Shown here in pieces: positions 1-9,592 of a stretch of 64,000 bases of DNA. The stretch lies in IMG/VR virus record IMGVR_UViG_3300009068_004979; one strand, 5' to 3'. This DNA comes from a virus. A model generated the notes under the pieces. That model was not told where the DNA came from and did no database searches. It saw only the letters and a program-made list of their open reading frames with translations. How positions within the stretch are numbered: the first letter of the stretch is position 1; every line of letters starts with the position of its first letter. The position numbers and the translations under genes were made by a program.

Positions 1-335
1 AGATAGCATTTGGATGGCTCAAGAGTGCGGATAATTTGTATATTCTCTATTTTATCAAAATGTTTTATTTGTACTTCAATATTAACTTCGCAATTCTTTT
101 TATTGATATTATTAACAATAAACTCTTTTTTTAGATCGCGGAGAGTCTCGCCAAAGACAGCAAAATAAACTGCATCAGCAACAGTAGATTTACCGACACC
201 ATTGCGACGGTCTTCTTTATCTTTGTTTAGTCCAGTAATGATATGTAAGCCTGGCTTAAATTCTATAACTACAGGCTGATTGCCTACAGATAAGAAATTT
301 TTAATTGTTACTTTTTTGAAATTAATATTTTTCAT
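1..335 (-). CDS. gp46: Recombination endonuclease ATPase subunit, T4 gp46/Rad50/SbcC-like (N-terminal part; runs off the window)
   Basis: Manual translation from ATG 335: MKNINFKKVTIKNFLSVGN...NGVGKST (Walker A); ATGA overlap with the gp47 stop. Confidence 0.9.
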   Translation of the reverse strand, partial: MKNINFKKVTIKNFLSVGNQPVVIEFKPGLHIITGLNKDKEDRRNGVGKSTVADAVYFAVFGETLRDLKKEFIVNNINKKNCEVNIEVQIKHFDKIENIQIIRTLEPSKCY

Positions 336-1393
336 CTACACTTTTTATAGAGTTCAGTACAGTACTCTATAACCTCTTTTTTATTCTGTATATCTAAAAT
401 GTTTATAAATTCTTCTATTGCTTTATTGATGTCAACACCTGATAAGTCGCAGTCTTGATCATCATTTACTGTAATATTATCATTATAGAGTGAATAGTCT
501 ACAGATAAAGAAAATGGATTATGTAAGGAAAGTTTTTTAAGAAGAATGTCAATATTATCACTTGTAATTTTCTTGTCTACAATTAGCTTAACAATGTTGC
601 TATTAAAAATGTCTTGTGCATCGTTACCGCTGAGACTTTTAAGCTGTGTTAAATCTGTGAGTGTTACTTTTTTGTGTTTAGGTGAATTCTTGTTCTCATA
701 AAATTCATAAGAGGAATTATTTAGATCAAGAATATAATAGCCTTTAGTTGAGCCAGTATCACCGAAATCCATTTCAAATGGGTTACCTACATAAACAATA
801 GTTCCCTTGTCATACTTGCGTTCGTCTCTTAAGTGAAAGTGACCTGTAAGGATAAGTGGTGCTTTATTGAGCAAATCTTTTGTCTTCATGCCATGGTCAC
901 AAAGCTTGAAGGAGTTCATCTTGAAGCTTTCAATTTCTAGATGACCGAAGATAATATCAGCTTTTTGAATATCCGCAACCTCTGCACCCCATGGCAAGAA
1001 GGCACAATTTTTTCCAAATAGTTTAGTATCTGTAGCTGTGCTTATAATAGTAATATTTTTCCAGCCATTTAAAATAGAAAGTGAGTTAATATCAGATCTA
1101 TCTTTATAGAAAGCATCATGATTACCTACAATAATAACAATATTAAAGCTACTCCAGAGTTTTAATATTTCATTAACTACATGAATTGTGTTAACAGCAA
1201 TTTCATCTCTATAATGATACAAATCACCGAGAATAAAGATATCTTGAATACCTTTTTGCTCTAAATCCTGTTTTAACCAGGCAGCCCATTTGAGGGTTGT
1301 CTCATGCCAAAATATACTGTTCTGATGAATGCCTATATGCAAATCAGCAATACAGCATATTTTTGGCTGTCTTACTGCTATTTCTTTAATCAC
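332..1393 (-). CDS. gp47: Recombination endonuclease, Mre11/SbcD-like metallophosphoesterase
   Basis: DLH, GD, GNHD and GHFH motifs; adjacent to gp46 and gp55. Confidence 0.92.
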   Translation of the reverse strand: MIKEIAVRQPKICCIADLHIGIHQNSIFWHETTLKWAAWLKQDLEQKGIQDIFILGDLYHYRDEIAVNTIHVVNEILKLWSSFNIVIIVGNHDAFYKDRSDINSLSILNGWKNITIISTATDTKLFGKNCAFLPWGAEVADIQKADIIFGHLEIESFKMNSFKLCDHGMKTKDLLNKAPLILTGHFHLRDERKYDKGTIVYVGNPFEMDFGDTGSTKGYYILDLNNSSYEFYENKNSPKHKKVTLTDLTQLKSLSGNDAQDIFNSNIVKLIVDKKITSDNIDILLKKLSLHNPFSLSVDYSLYNDNITVNDDQDCDLSGVDINKAIEEFINILDIQNKKEVIEYCTELYKKCR

Positions 1394-1998
1394 TAATCCT
1401 CCTGATTATAATTTTCGTCGAGTGGTTCAATGTAAATGTAGCAATTGCCGTCTTCGTCTTTTTTGGCCATAGTTTCTGTATAAACCTTTTCCTTATACTC
1501 TGTGAGTGCCTGGTGGTGTTTTTTCTCTTTTTTAATTCTATTAATAAAAGCATGAAATGCAATTGTAGTAAAATATGAGAATGGACTGAATCCTGAATCG
1601 AGTCTAAATTTTTTATTGCGTAATGCGGAGAACATCTTAACAATTGCATCTCCGATCATGTCATCTTTATAGGAGTAATTAATAAAATTAGGGGCGTATG
1701 ATAATCCGTTAGCGATCTTAGTTAGACTTTCACCGAGCTTTTCAGAAATTTTACCTGTATTGTAGTATACGCGTATTTCTTCCTCAAACTCACGGCTATT
1801 GACATAATGAACTTTATCGCGAGGTCTGATCTTCTTCTTTGGTGCTTCTGTTGCATCCAGAGTAGGTACCGGCGGAACTGTCTCTACAGCTACTTCTTTA
1901 TCCTCTTTGCGTGTGTGTGGCTTGCTCACACTTTTTGGAGATTCAGCTTTAGCTTTCTTTAATTTCTTTAATCGCGAAGTTGATGTTTTCTTTTTCAT
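1393..1998 (-). CDS. gp55: Late-transcription sigma factor
   Basis: HYVNSREF...NFINYSYKDDMIGDA...PFSYFTTIAFHAFINRIKKEKK. Confidence 0.92.
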   Translation of the reverse strand: MKKKTSTSRLKKLKKAKAESPKSVSKPHTRKEDKEVAVETVPPVPTLDATEAPKKKIRPRDKVHYVNSREFEEEIRVYYNTGKISEKLGESLTKIANGLSYAPNFINYSYKDDMIGDAIVKMFSALRNKKFRLDSGFSPFSYFTTIAFHAFINRIKKEKKHHQALTEYKEKVYTETMAKKDEDGNCYIYIEPLDENYNQED

Positions 1999-3415
1999 AA
2001 AGTTTTATGCGTTTATCCATATGGGATTGGCCATACTTGAGATTATCTGCAATGTCTACTATTATAAGCTTATCTTTATCCTTATGCAAGCGAAGACCTC
2101 TGCCGATTGACTGTACAATTTTTATCTTAGCTTTTCCACCGCCTGCAAATATAATATAATGTAAATTTTTGATATTAATACCTGTAGAAAATATCTTTGA
2201 AATTGCTACAACAACAACATCATCACGCTCTTCCATTAATTTTTTAACTTTTTCTCTCTCATCTATTTCTACTTCACCTCTAATAAAATAAACATGCTTA
2301 TTAGGGCATGTTGTTTTTACTGCGTTGTATATATTTTCCCCATGTTCAATATAATCGATAAGAATAAGAGCATTTTTGTTTAAACCGCAGGATAATTTAG
2401 CTAAAAAATTATTTCTAAATGTATTAGATATTAGAAAGGATTGTTCAGCTCTGTAGCGATCTGTTGCGGACACATCGTGTATTGCATCTCTAAATGGGTC
2501 TCGGTTGTATGATATTCTTACAATCTGGACACTCACATTGCTAACATAATTTTCTAATCTGAGTTCATAGCTACTTTTTTCGTAAATTATCGGGCCAATT
2601 TTTCCAATAATATTCCATTGGTCAAGAGGGCCCTCAGGCATGGTGCCTGTGAATCCAAACCTTACTGGTGTTTTTATCTTTTTAAACAGTTTATTGATTT
2701 CATTTCCACGACGAATCTTATGAACCTCGTCAACAACTACAACATCAACATTTTCAATCCACGTTAAATCACTGTTCTTACTTTGTAATATTCCGAGATT
2801 AGCCACAATTACATTAGTAGAATTGATTGTACCATTATCAATTGAATGTGATCCGGTCCATCTGCAAACAGAGAACGGGACCTTATATGAAGAGAAATCG
2901 TTAAACGTTTGTTCTACTAGACCGAGATCTGGAACTATAATGATACATTTAAATTTGTTGTTTGCAGCCCAGATATTAGAAAGCACAGAAGCCATGGTAA
3001 GTGTCTTGCCACCAGCAGTCGCTAAAACAACAGTTCCGCGGCCTCTGTTCAAACATGTGCGCGTTATTTCTTCTTGGTAGTCTCTAAGCTGTAAAGATAG
3101 CGGGTATGGATCAAGCTTAAAATTTGGTAGGTCAAGCCACCTTGTTGGTGCAGGTGTACACTCGTGCTTAAATTCGTCTCCAAATTTTATCTCACCTGTA
3201 TATTGCCTGTTGATGAGGTATTTTTGTATTTCAAAAAATAAGCACGGTTCAAATTTTCCGGTAGGTGTTATTGCATATGTGCGCTGCGGTATGAAGCGAC
3301 CATACTTGCGCATAAAAGATGCAGCTTCATTCTTAACAGAGAAATGCTCGCGAATTTCATCTAAGAAATCGCAGGTTAGTTGTGCTTGGTTTTTTTCAAA
3401 TTTTATCTCTATCAT
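1949..3415 (-). CDS. uvsW: SF2 DNA helicase UvsW
   Basis: LRDYQ, TAGGKT, DEVH, GFTGT, STGINI, QSIGRGLR. Confidence 0.93.
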   Translation of the reverse strand: MIEIKFEKNQAQLTCDFLDEIREHFSVKNEAASFMRKYGRFIPQRTYAITPTGKFEPCLFFEIQKYLINRQYTGEIKFGDEFKHECTPAPTRWLDLPNFKLDPYPLSLQLRDYQEEITRTCLNRGRGTVVLATAGGKTLTMASVLSNIWAANNKFKCIIIVPDLGLVEQTFNDFSSYKVPFSVCRWTGSHSIDNGTINSTNVIVANLGILQSKNSDLTWIENVDVVVVDEVHKIRRGNEINKLFKKIKTPVRFGFTGTMPEGPLDQWNIIGKIGPIIYEKSSYELRLENYVSNVSVQIVRISYNRDPFRDAIHDVSATDRYRAEQSFLISNTFRNNFLAKLSCGLNKNALILIDYIEHGENIYNAVKTTCPNKHVYFIRGEVEIDEREKVKKLMEERDDVVVVAISKIFSTGINIKNLHYIIFAGGGKAKIKIVQSIGRGLRLHKDKDKLIIVDIADNLKYGQSHMDKRIKLYEKENINFAIKEIKES

Positions 3416-3804
3416 GTTGTTTCGAGCTTCATGATGTCAATGAGATTTTTGATATCATATGAAGTGCTGTTTAATGTTCTTTCAGATTTTTCTAATAACT
3501 CAATTACCAGTTCAATTTCTTTAATCCTTGCATCAGCTTCTGTTAATTCATTACTATTTTCTGCTGTTCTTTCGGCAACAGGTGCTGTTAACTTAACAGG
3601 GCTCATTTCGTTAATCTTATCAACAATGGCTCTTTTGAGTTTATCTCTATTCTTTTTAAGAGTAATGAGTTCTAGCTTATGACGTATGCATCTGCCTGCC
3701 CATTTGTGCTTGATACCCGGTAATCTTTGCTGATAATCCTTAAGGTTAAGTTCATCAAACTTAAGATCATTTTCTAGTTCAGTTATGTAATCTTCTAGGC
3801 GCAT
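3412..3804 (-). CDS. uvsY: Recombination mediator UvsY (start revised to ATG 3804)
   Basis: Helical protein DLKFDELNL...YDIKNLIDIMK, coupled to uvsW; promoter-like boxes lie just upstream of 3804. Confidence 0.75.
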   Translation of the reverse strand: MRLEDYITELENDLKFDELNLKDYQQRLPGIKHKWAGRCIRHKLELITLKKNRDKLKRAIVDKINEMSPVKLTAPVAERTAENSNELTEADARIKEIELVIELLEKSERTLNSTSYDIKNLIDIMKLETT

Positions 3805-3840
3805 TAACTTAAATAATAATATAAAGATACATAAAATCAA

Positions 3841-4098
3841 ATGAAACTATTTGAATCAGCCTTTAATAACGCTTTAAATGAAATGGCAAATACTGCCGGT
3901 GGGGCAGGTGGTGTGTTTACTGCATATGCGGGCACAGTAAATGCAGGAGAATTTGGCAATCAATTTCCTTCGCAAAATGATAAAGCGTATGCACCTGGTG
4001 ATGCAAGAGTTCCAAAAATCTTGGGAGCCAAATTTTCTAAGAAAAAGAAAAAATTAAAGTATCCTATTCAGCGACGTACATTTCTTCCTGGCAATTGA
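3841..4098 (+). CDS. Small late protein carrying a copy of the major capsid N-arm plus a poly-Lys tail
   Basis: FGNQFPSQNDKAYAPGDARVPKIL vs gp23 FGNQFPSQNDNAYAAGDARLPKIL; TAAATA at 3810-3815. Confidence 0.8.
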   Translation: MKLFESAFNNALNEMANTAGGAGGVFTAYAGTVNAGEFGNQFPSQNDKAYAPGDARVPKILGAKFSKKKKKLKYPIQRRTFLPGN

Positions 4099-4127
4099 CT
4101 TGTAGGTAGTATTGGTTAATTATTGAT

Positions 4128-4541
4128 ATGGATTTAGGTCATTGGCAGCTTCATGAAGGCATAGTTATAGATGAAAATACTTTTGGTTTTATCTATGAAA
4201 TAGTTAACACAATAACAAATAAGAAGTATATAGGTAAAAAACAGTGTAAGTCTAAGTTGAAGCGAAAGCCATTGAAGGGCAAAGTAAACAAAAGAATAGA
4301 GATAAAAGACTCGGATTGGAGAGAATATACAAGCTCCTCAAATGAGTTAAATGCTGATATACAGAAATACGGTAAAGACAAATTCATTTTCAATGTTATA
4401 CGTATATGTGGTAGCAAGTGGGAGCTTGCGTATTATGAAATTAAAGAGCAGATAGAGCGCAGCGTCTTGTTGAGTGACGGCTATTATAACGGCATAATAA
4501 ATGTAAGGATTGGCAGGCCTCCAAAGAAATTGCTTGAATAA
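4128..4541 (+). CDS. GIY-YIG (Seg-like) endonuclease
   Basis: GFIYEIVN...KKYIGKK, WREYTSS, E..EQ, YYN. Confidence 0.85.
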   Translation: MDLGHWQLHEGIVIDENTFGFIYEIVNTITNKKYIGKKQCKSKLKRKPLKGKVNKRIEIKDSDWREYTSSSNELNADIQKYGKDKFIFNVIRICGSKWELAYYEIKEQIERSVLLSDGYYNGIINVRIGRPPKKLLE

Positions 4542-4567
4542 TTTTTTATATCTTGTAATAATATCTC

Positions 4568-5131
4568 GTGTTAAAAGAGCTAAATTTTAAGCAATACAAT
4601 ATACATATTGTCGACTTTAATAGTATTCTGCAAAAGAATATCGATAATGCTCTTATCGACGATTTGCATAAATTTCATCTTCTAAATGGTAAGATGCGGA
4701 GTGCTACAAAACGCTTTTTTTATCATCACATTATTTTGCATGTTTGTGAGCATGTTCTTAATATAAAGTCAAGAGAACGGGTCATTCTTTACTTTCATGG
4801 AAATCAATTGCCGAATTTAAAACTATCGGAGTACTTTGCAGAAGAGCATATTCTTAAGCTTATAAATGAAATAATGCGTAAAATGATTAACATTCTCCCG
4901 CTACGTATATATCAGAGTACGCTTTCTTATGAACATTTTATGCACCTTTTGCGTAGAGATGAAGGTAGAAGTAAAGAGATAGTCAATGGATTGAGAGAGC
5001 TGGCATCTATATCATGTATTGAGAGGTATACCTTTGAAAAGGTTAAAAAGTTTACTAAGCGCAATGAATTAACGTTTTTAAATGCAGATTACTTTAATAG
5101 AATTAAATCTAAACAGCTTTTAATCGTTTAG
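4568..5131 (+). CDS. Hypothetical protein
   Basis: 187-aa ORF filling the space between neighbours, GTG start. Confidence 0.6.
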   Translation: MLKELNFKQYNIHIVDFNSILQKNIDNALIDDLHKFHLLNGKMRSATKRFFYHHIILHVCEHVLNIKSRERVILYFHGNQLPNLKLSEYFAEEHILKLINEIMRKMINILPLRIYQSTLSYEHFMHLLRRDEGRSKEIVNGLRELASISCIERYTFEKVKKFTKRNELTFLNADYFNRIKSKQLLIV

Positions 5132-5149
5132 AGGACTAAATATAAATGT

Positions 5150-5584
5150 ATGAACTTCAATGATAAAGTTAATAGTATATATAAGGTATTTTTAGAACAA
5201 GAACCTCCAAAGGATGCAACAGAACCGCAGGTTCCAGATGCATCAGCTATACCTGAGCCAGCAGCTGCTGCACAACCAAAAACCCAGGTGCCACCTGAAG
5301 GTTACGTGGATATAGTGAGACTTCTTGCCAAAGCACTTGTGATGGATATTCCTGCAGGGACGATAGATGATTTATTTACATTGCCTGTTACTGCAGAAAA
5401 TGCAGAAGAAGTCCGTGAAGGTCTAGAGAAAGCTATTAAACAAAATGAAATGTATGCAGATAATCCAGAAAAATTAGATAATGTACATTTTAAAAAGTTT
5501 GTTTCTTCTATTAATGAGAATAACTTCATGCAGCGCTACAAGAATATTCTTGCTATTATGAAGAAATATAGCAATTCAATTTAA
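5150..5584 (+). CDS. Putative internal head protein
   Basis: TAAATA at 5137-5142; N-terminus MNFNDKVNSIYKVFLE. Confidence 0.6.
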   Translation: MNFNDKVNSIYKVFLEQEPPKDATEPQVPDASAIPEPAAAAQPKTQVPPEGYVDIVRLLAKALVMDIPAGTIDDLFTLPVTAENAEEVREGLEKAIKQNEMYADNPEKLDNVHFKKFVSSINENNFMQRYKNILAIMKKYSNSI

Positions 5585-5587
5585 ACC

Positions 5588-7033
5588 ATGAACGAGGGTA
5601 AGAAATATAGAAGCCTGGATGAAGTGTACTTGCAGGAATCTTTCGCAAAAAAAGTACCCGAACTTCCGAGAACACGTGTGGTTTTTATAAAAGAAAATGC
5701 AGACGTTGTAATACAAAAAAATCCACCAAATGGTCAGGTTAGAGAGTTTGATGTGAGTGATGAAGTTGCTAATCAAATTATTAGTAGCATAGCGAGTCAG
5801 CAGAAACGCTCTACAGAGGAGGGGGAGCTATCTGTAAGCGAAATAATAGATAAAGTATTAATTAATGATGGATGGAAAGCAGGTAATAAGGAATATACAG
5901 CATTATTAGATAGAGTTATTAAAATTTTTACTTCAAGTAATTTTATAGCTGAAAAATTTAATAATTTAATTAAAATTCAAAAAGATAAAAATAATAAATT
6001 TCGTACTGCACTATTGGCAGCTCCAGGGGAAGTTTTTGCATACAAATCTCTAATATCTGATGCATTTATGCAATTGTTTGAGGGTGAAGATGGCTACAAA
6101 GTCGCCGAGAGCTTGTGGCCAATAACTTTTAAAGCTAGAGTAAATGTTGGTCCAGGAGAGCTTGCAATTACACTTTTATCAGATTCTATCAAAGGTAAAA
6201 CTGGTGATTTATTATTTAACGGATTTGGTGAAGTGGAGGTAAAAGGATCAGATGCACGCATGGGCGGAGGTGGCTATTGTCATAATAATACACCTACAGA
6301 ACTTAACAATATAATATCAAGTGAACAAGGAAAATTATCAGAAAAAACATTACTAAGAATAAAAGCTGAAACCTATAAGAGAATTGAAAATTTTATAAAA
6401 GAAAGAGAGCAGCTTAAGGGTAGAGTTGTAGTTCCAAAAGAAAAACAAATAGAATATTTATCTAGTATAAAAGATTCTCTTGATAATGCGGATAGCTTAA
6501 CTCAATTATTACAAGCTGTTGATAAATCTGGTCTTCCTAAGAATATTGTAAAGTCTTTAAGAACATCAGTTGAAGAATATACAAAATATAAAAAAGGCGA
6601 AGTCAAGGGTCAGTTTGCACCTGCATTTACAACTTTTTTCTCTATGGCTAGTGAATTAACCGATGAACAGCTCGTAAGAGGTATTGTAGCATCTAGAAGT
6701 TATGACAGTTCAAACATCTTTAACGATTTAACAGCTGCAATAAACTCTTTGTATTTAAAATACAAAGAAGAATTAATAGCAAACGGTACATTTACAAGAA
6801 ATTTAACACGGCTTGTTGGCGCTATGCATACAGCAATTTATCATCAAGTTCAAAAATTTAGGGGGATATTATTTTTAAACGATAGTACAAAAAATATGTT
6901 ATATTATGAATTTTCTAATAATTTAGAAAAAGATATAGATTCTCTTTATACTCTTTATAAAAAAACAAATGCAGTAATAAATTTAAGTATTGATAGCAAA
7001 TTTCAATCTGCCGGCATTTTACTTTCAATATGA
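5588..7033 (+). CDS. Putative virion protein with a PD-(D/E)xK nuclease-like motif
   Basis: VGPGE...GDLLFNGFGEVEVKG; N-terminus with YLQE. Confidence 0.5.
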   Translation: MNEGKKYRSLDEVYLQESFAKKVPELPRTRVVFIKENADVVIQKNPPNGQVREFDVSDEVANQIISSIASQQKRSTEEGELSVSEIIDKVLINDGWKAGNKEYTALLDRVIKIFTSSNFIAEKFNNLIKIQKDKNNKFRTALLAAPGEVFAYKSLISDAFMQLFEGEDGYKVAESLWPITFKARVNVGPGELAITLLSDSIKGKTGDLLFNGFGEVEVKGSDARMGGGGYCHNNTPTELNNIISSEQGKLSEKTLLRIKAETYKRIENFIKEREQLKGRVVVPKEKQIEYLSSIKDSLDNADSLTQLLQAVDKSGLPKNIVKSLRTSVEEYTKYKKGEVKGQFAPAFTTFFSMASELTDEQLVRGIVASRSYDSSNIFNDLTAAINSLYLKYKEELIANGTFTRNLTRLVGAMHTAIYHQVQKFRGILFLNDSTKNMLYYEFSNNLEKDIDSLYTLYKKTNAVINLSIDSKFQSAGILLSI

Positions 7034-8244
7034 ACTCCTTTAAATATTTTTATTTCTTAACTGAAGGCGGTGCTGCCGGGCATATGCTTCATCCTTTTGA
7101 TTTACCACAGGTTACAAATGGTAATGCTTTGATCAAAGTTTATAAGCAGACAGAGGCAAGCGTAAGGGAAAAACCAGCAGCAGTAAAAATTGATGGCTTG
7201 AATGCATCAATTAAGCTAATCACTAATGCTGATGGCAGTAAGGAATTTGCTCTTGATCGTGGCTCAAACAAGCAAGAAGATATACAGGGTGTGACGCTAG
7301 CCACGTTATCAAACCGGTTTCCACAAGGTCATGGAATGCTCGCAGTAGGTACTGATGTTCTGTCAATTTTTAATAAAGCTCTTCCGACAATAACAAATGA
7401 ACTAAAACGGTTAAAAATGCTTGATAATAGTAGCATACTTTTTAATATGGAATATGTTAAGGGTAATACAAACGTTATAGGTTATAAGGATAATTTCTTA
7501 GCTATTCACGGTCTAAATGAGATTTATCAGGTGACTAGTCCAATTAAGAAATCAGTAAGCAGGGCATCAAGAGAAATTTCTTATGATAAGAAGGCGTTAT
7601 CAGATTTAATAGAAAAGGTAAATAAAATAGCAAGGAGTTTTGACTTTAATGTTGTGGGTGAAATAGCGGCTACATTAACTCATAATATAAGCTTTGATTC
7701 AGAGTTAAATTCAGAATTTGCAGTAAAATATAATGCTGAACATGTTGAAGTGAAGACATTGCGTACCTGGTTACAAAAAGCAAAAAATCCGAAAGGTGTA
7801 ACAATCGCTCTTTCTAGTGGAAAGCGTGTAGATGCGCTTTCAAAGCAAATTTATTTAGCTGTGCTAGAGGGTCAAGAGCTCGACTCTTTGATAAAAGATA
7901 GAGATCAAACAGGTATAAAGAATGCCATTGATGGCGCGGTAATCTACCATGCAACACGTTTAATGGGTCAGAAGCTTCTCTCCTCCATGAAATCGCCTCT
8001 TGGTGATATAGAGACGCAAGAAGGTATTGTTATACGTGATCCTAAGATTTCTTCTGTTCCTTTTAAAATCACCGGTGAGTTTATAGTGCGCGGATTACAG
8101 AGCAAATTTAAAAAGAATGAACAAGAGGAAGGACCATTAACGAGAAGTACGCTGAATAACGTTAATTATATTAATACACCGCCTTATGAATATGAGGGCA
8201 GCAATTTGCGCTCAACACCGGGATTCAATATAAACCCAACATGA
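7030..8244 (+). CDS. Ligase-fold nucleotidyltransferase-like protein (DUF6267-like)
   Basis: EGGAAGHMLHPFD, KIDG (KxDG), EGIVIRD, FKITGEF. Confidence 0.6.
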   Translation: MNSFKYFYFLTEGGAAGHMLHPFDLPQVTNGNALIKVYKQTEASVREKPAAVKIDGLNASIKLITNADGSKEFALDRGSNKQEDIQGVTLATLSNRFPQGHGMLAVGTDVLSIFNKALPTITNELKRLKMLDNSSILFNMEYVKGNTNVIGYKDNFLAIHGLNEIYQVTSPIKKSVSRASREISYDKKALSDLIEKVNKIARSFDFNVVGEIAATLTHNISFDSELNSEFAVKYNAEHVEVKTLRTWLQKAKNPKGVTIALSSGKRVDALSKQIYLAVLEGQELDSLIKDRDQTGIKNAIDGAVIYHATRLMGQKLLSSMKSPLGDIETQEGIVIRDPKISSVPFKITGEFIVRGLQSKFKKNEQEEGPLTRSTLNNVNYINTPPYEYEGSNLRSTPGFNINPT

Positions 8245-8789
8245 AGTTTAAGTTTGACATTCTAGTAGAACAGCTTCTTGGTGAGAAGAAAGAACGCATA
8301 GCTCTCTTACCGGGTGGGTTTAAGCCACCACATAAGGGCCATTTTAAAGCATTAAGTTATATCTTGCAAGATGCAGATCGTGGCATTGTTTATATTGGAA
8401 ATAAGGAAAGGGATGGTGTAACGGCTGAACAGGCAAAGCAAATTTGGGAAATATATAAAAAGTATTTACCAAAGCCTATTGATATAGAAATTACAAAAAT
8501 TACACCAGTAAAATCGGTCTATGATTTTGTCGATAGTAATCTAGATAAACCTGTTATTGTTGGAGCTTCAGGTGATGAGGATTTAAAGCGTTTTGAATAT
8601 TTTAAGAAACATGCAGAAAAATATCCGTTAGTTACTGTTGTCAATATACCACCTCAGTATAATAGAATTTCAGGTACTGAAGCAAGAAAGAAAATTATAG
8701 GAAAAGAATCAGACGCCGTAGAGTATTTTGTACCTGAAATATCTGATCAAGATTTACTTAAGATAAAGAATATACTTCTTATTTCTTAG
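8241..8789 (+). CDS. HxGH cytidylyltransferase-like nucleotidyltransferase
   Basis: PGGFKPPHKGH and ISGTEAR motifs. Confidence 0.8.
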   Translation: MKFKFDILVEQLLGEKKERIALLPGGFKPPHKGHFKALSYILQDADRGIVYIGNKERDGVTAEQAKQIWEIYKKYLPKPIDIEITKITPVKSVYDFVDSNLDKPVIVGASGDEDLKRFEYFKKHAEKYPLVTVVNIPPQYNRISGTEARKKIIGKESDAVEYFVPEISDQDLLKIKNILLIS

Positions 8790-9549
8790 TTTCTAGTACC
8801 TTAATTGCTTCTAGAAGAACCTTTTCCACAATTTCACGAGATTCACTCTTGAGTGATTTTTTTAATGCATCTAATAGGGAGCCACCGCCTGAATTAATAG
8901 CTGAAAATAAATCGTTCTCCGTTTCTTCTTCTACATTTTCAAGGCTATGATTAAGCACTTCTCTGTGTTTTTCATAGTCCTTATAGCCAAAGATAGAATT
9001 CAAATCGCCTTGCGCTCTTGCAATTTTATCAAGAACCCATGGTTCAACATTTTCTTCATCACCGAGCAAATCGTGCAACATTGCTGCAATTTTAACAATA
9101 CGAAATAAGTTTTGCTTTGTCATGTAGCCGCCGTGTTCTTCACTGGAATGCTCGGATCCGTGCATCATATCGCATCCTTCACAATCTTCATTACTCTTTA
9201 GCGGAAGCTTGCCAGAGCCACCCATGGATTTATCAATGGCTCCGCCTCTTGCTTTTTCATACCCGGAAAGTTTACCATCTTTGTTTAAATCAGATTTCTT
9301 TACGTCTATTTCATCTTGATTTGCATGCTGATTAGCTTTGCATTCTGCACATCCATTGCATTTGCAACCTTCTGCAGCATACTTACATGTACATTCTTCA
9401 TTTTCACAATTGCACTTCTTTGTGACTGCAACAAATTTATCAGGTGTATACCCTGCAGCAGGGCTATTTTCACCCTGAGGACCTAGATTCATTTCATTGA
9501 TTCTAGCGTTATAAAGCTCATTCAATAGATAGAAATCCTTATTAAACAT
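8779..9549 (-). CDS. Putative internal head protein with a Cys cluster and an EF-hand-like loop
   Basis: CNCENEECTC...CKCNGCAEC; DLNKDGKLSGYE; EPWVLDKI; TAAATA upstream. Confidence 0.6.
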   Translation of the reverse strand: MFNKDFYLLNELYNARINEMNLGPQGENSPAAGYTPDKFVAVTKKCNCENEECTCKYAAEGCKCNGCAECKANQHANQDEIDVKKSDLNKDGKLSGYEKARGGAIDKSMGGSGKLPLKSNEDCEGCDMMHGSEHSSEEHGGYMTKQNLFRIVKIAAMLHDLLGDEENVEPWVLDKIARAQGDLNSIFGYKDYEKHREVLNHSLENVEEETENDLFSAINSGGGSLLDALKKSLKSESREIVEKVLLEAIKVLETKK

Positions 9550-9592
9550 ATGTTATATTAATATTTAGTCTTATGGCACATAAATATTTTAT

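Noticed and set aside
4128-4541. Intron-encoded mobile homing endonuclease
   Set aside because: Free-standing, short, lacks an evident DNA-binding extension and interrupts no gene
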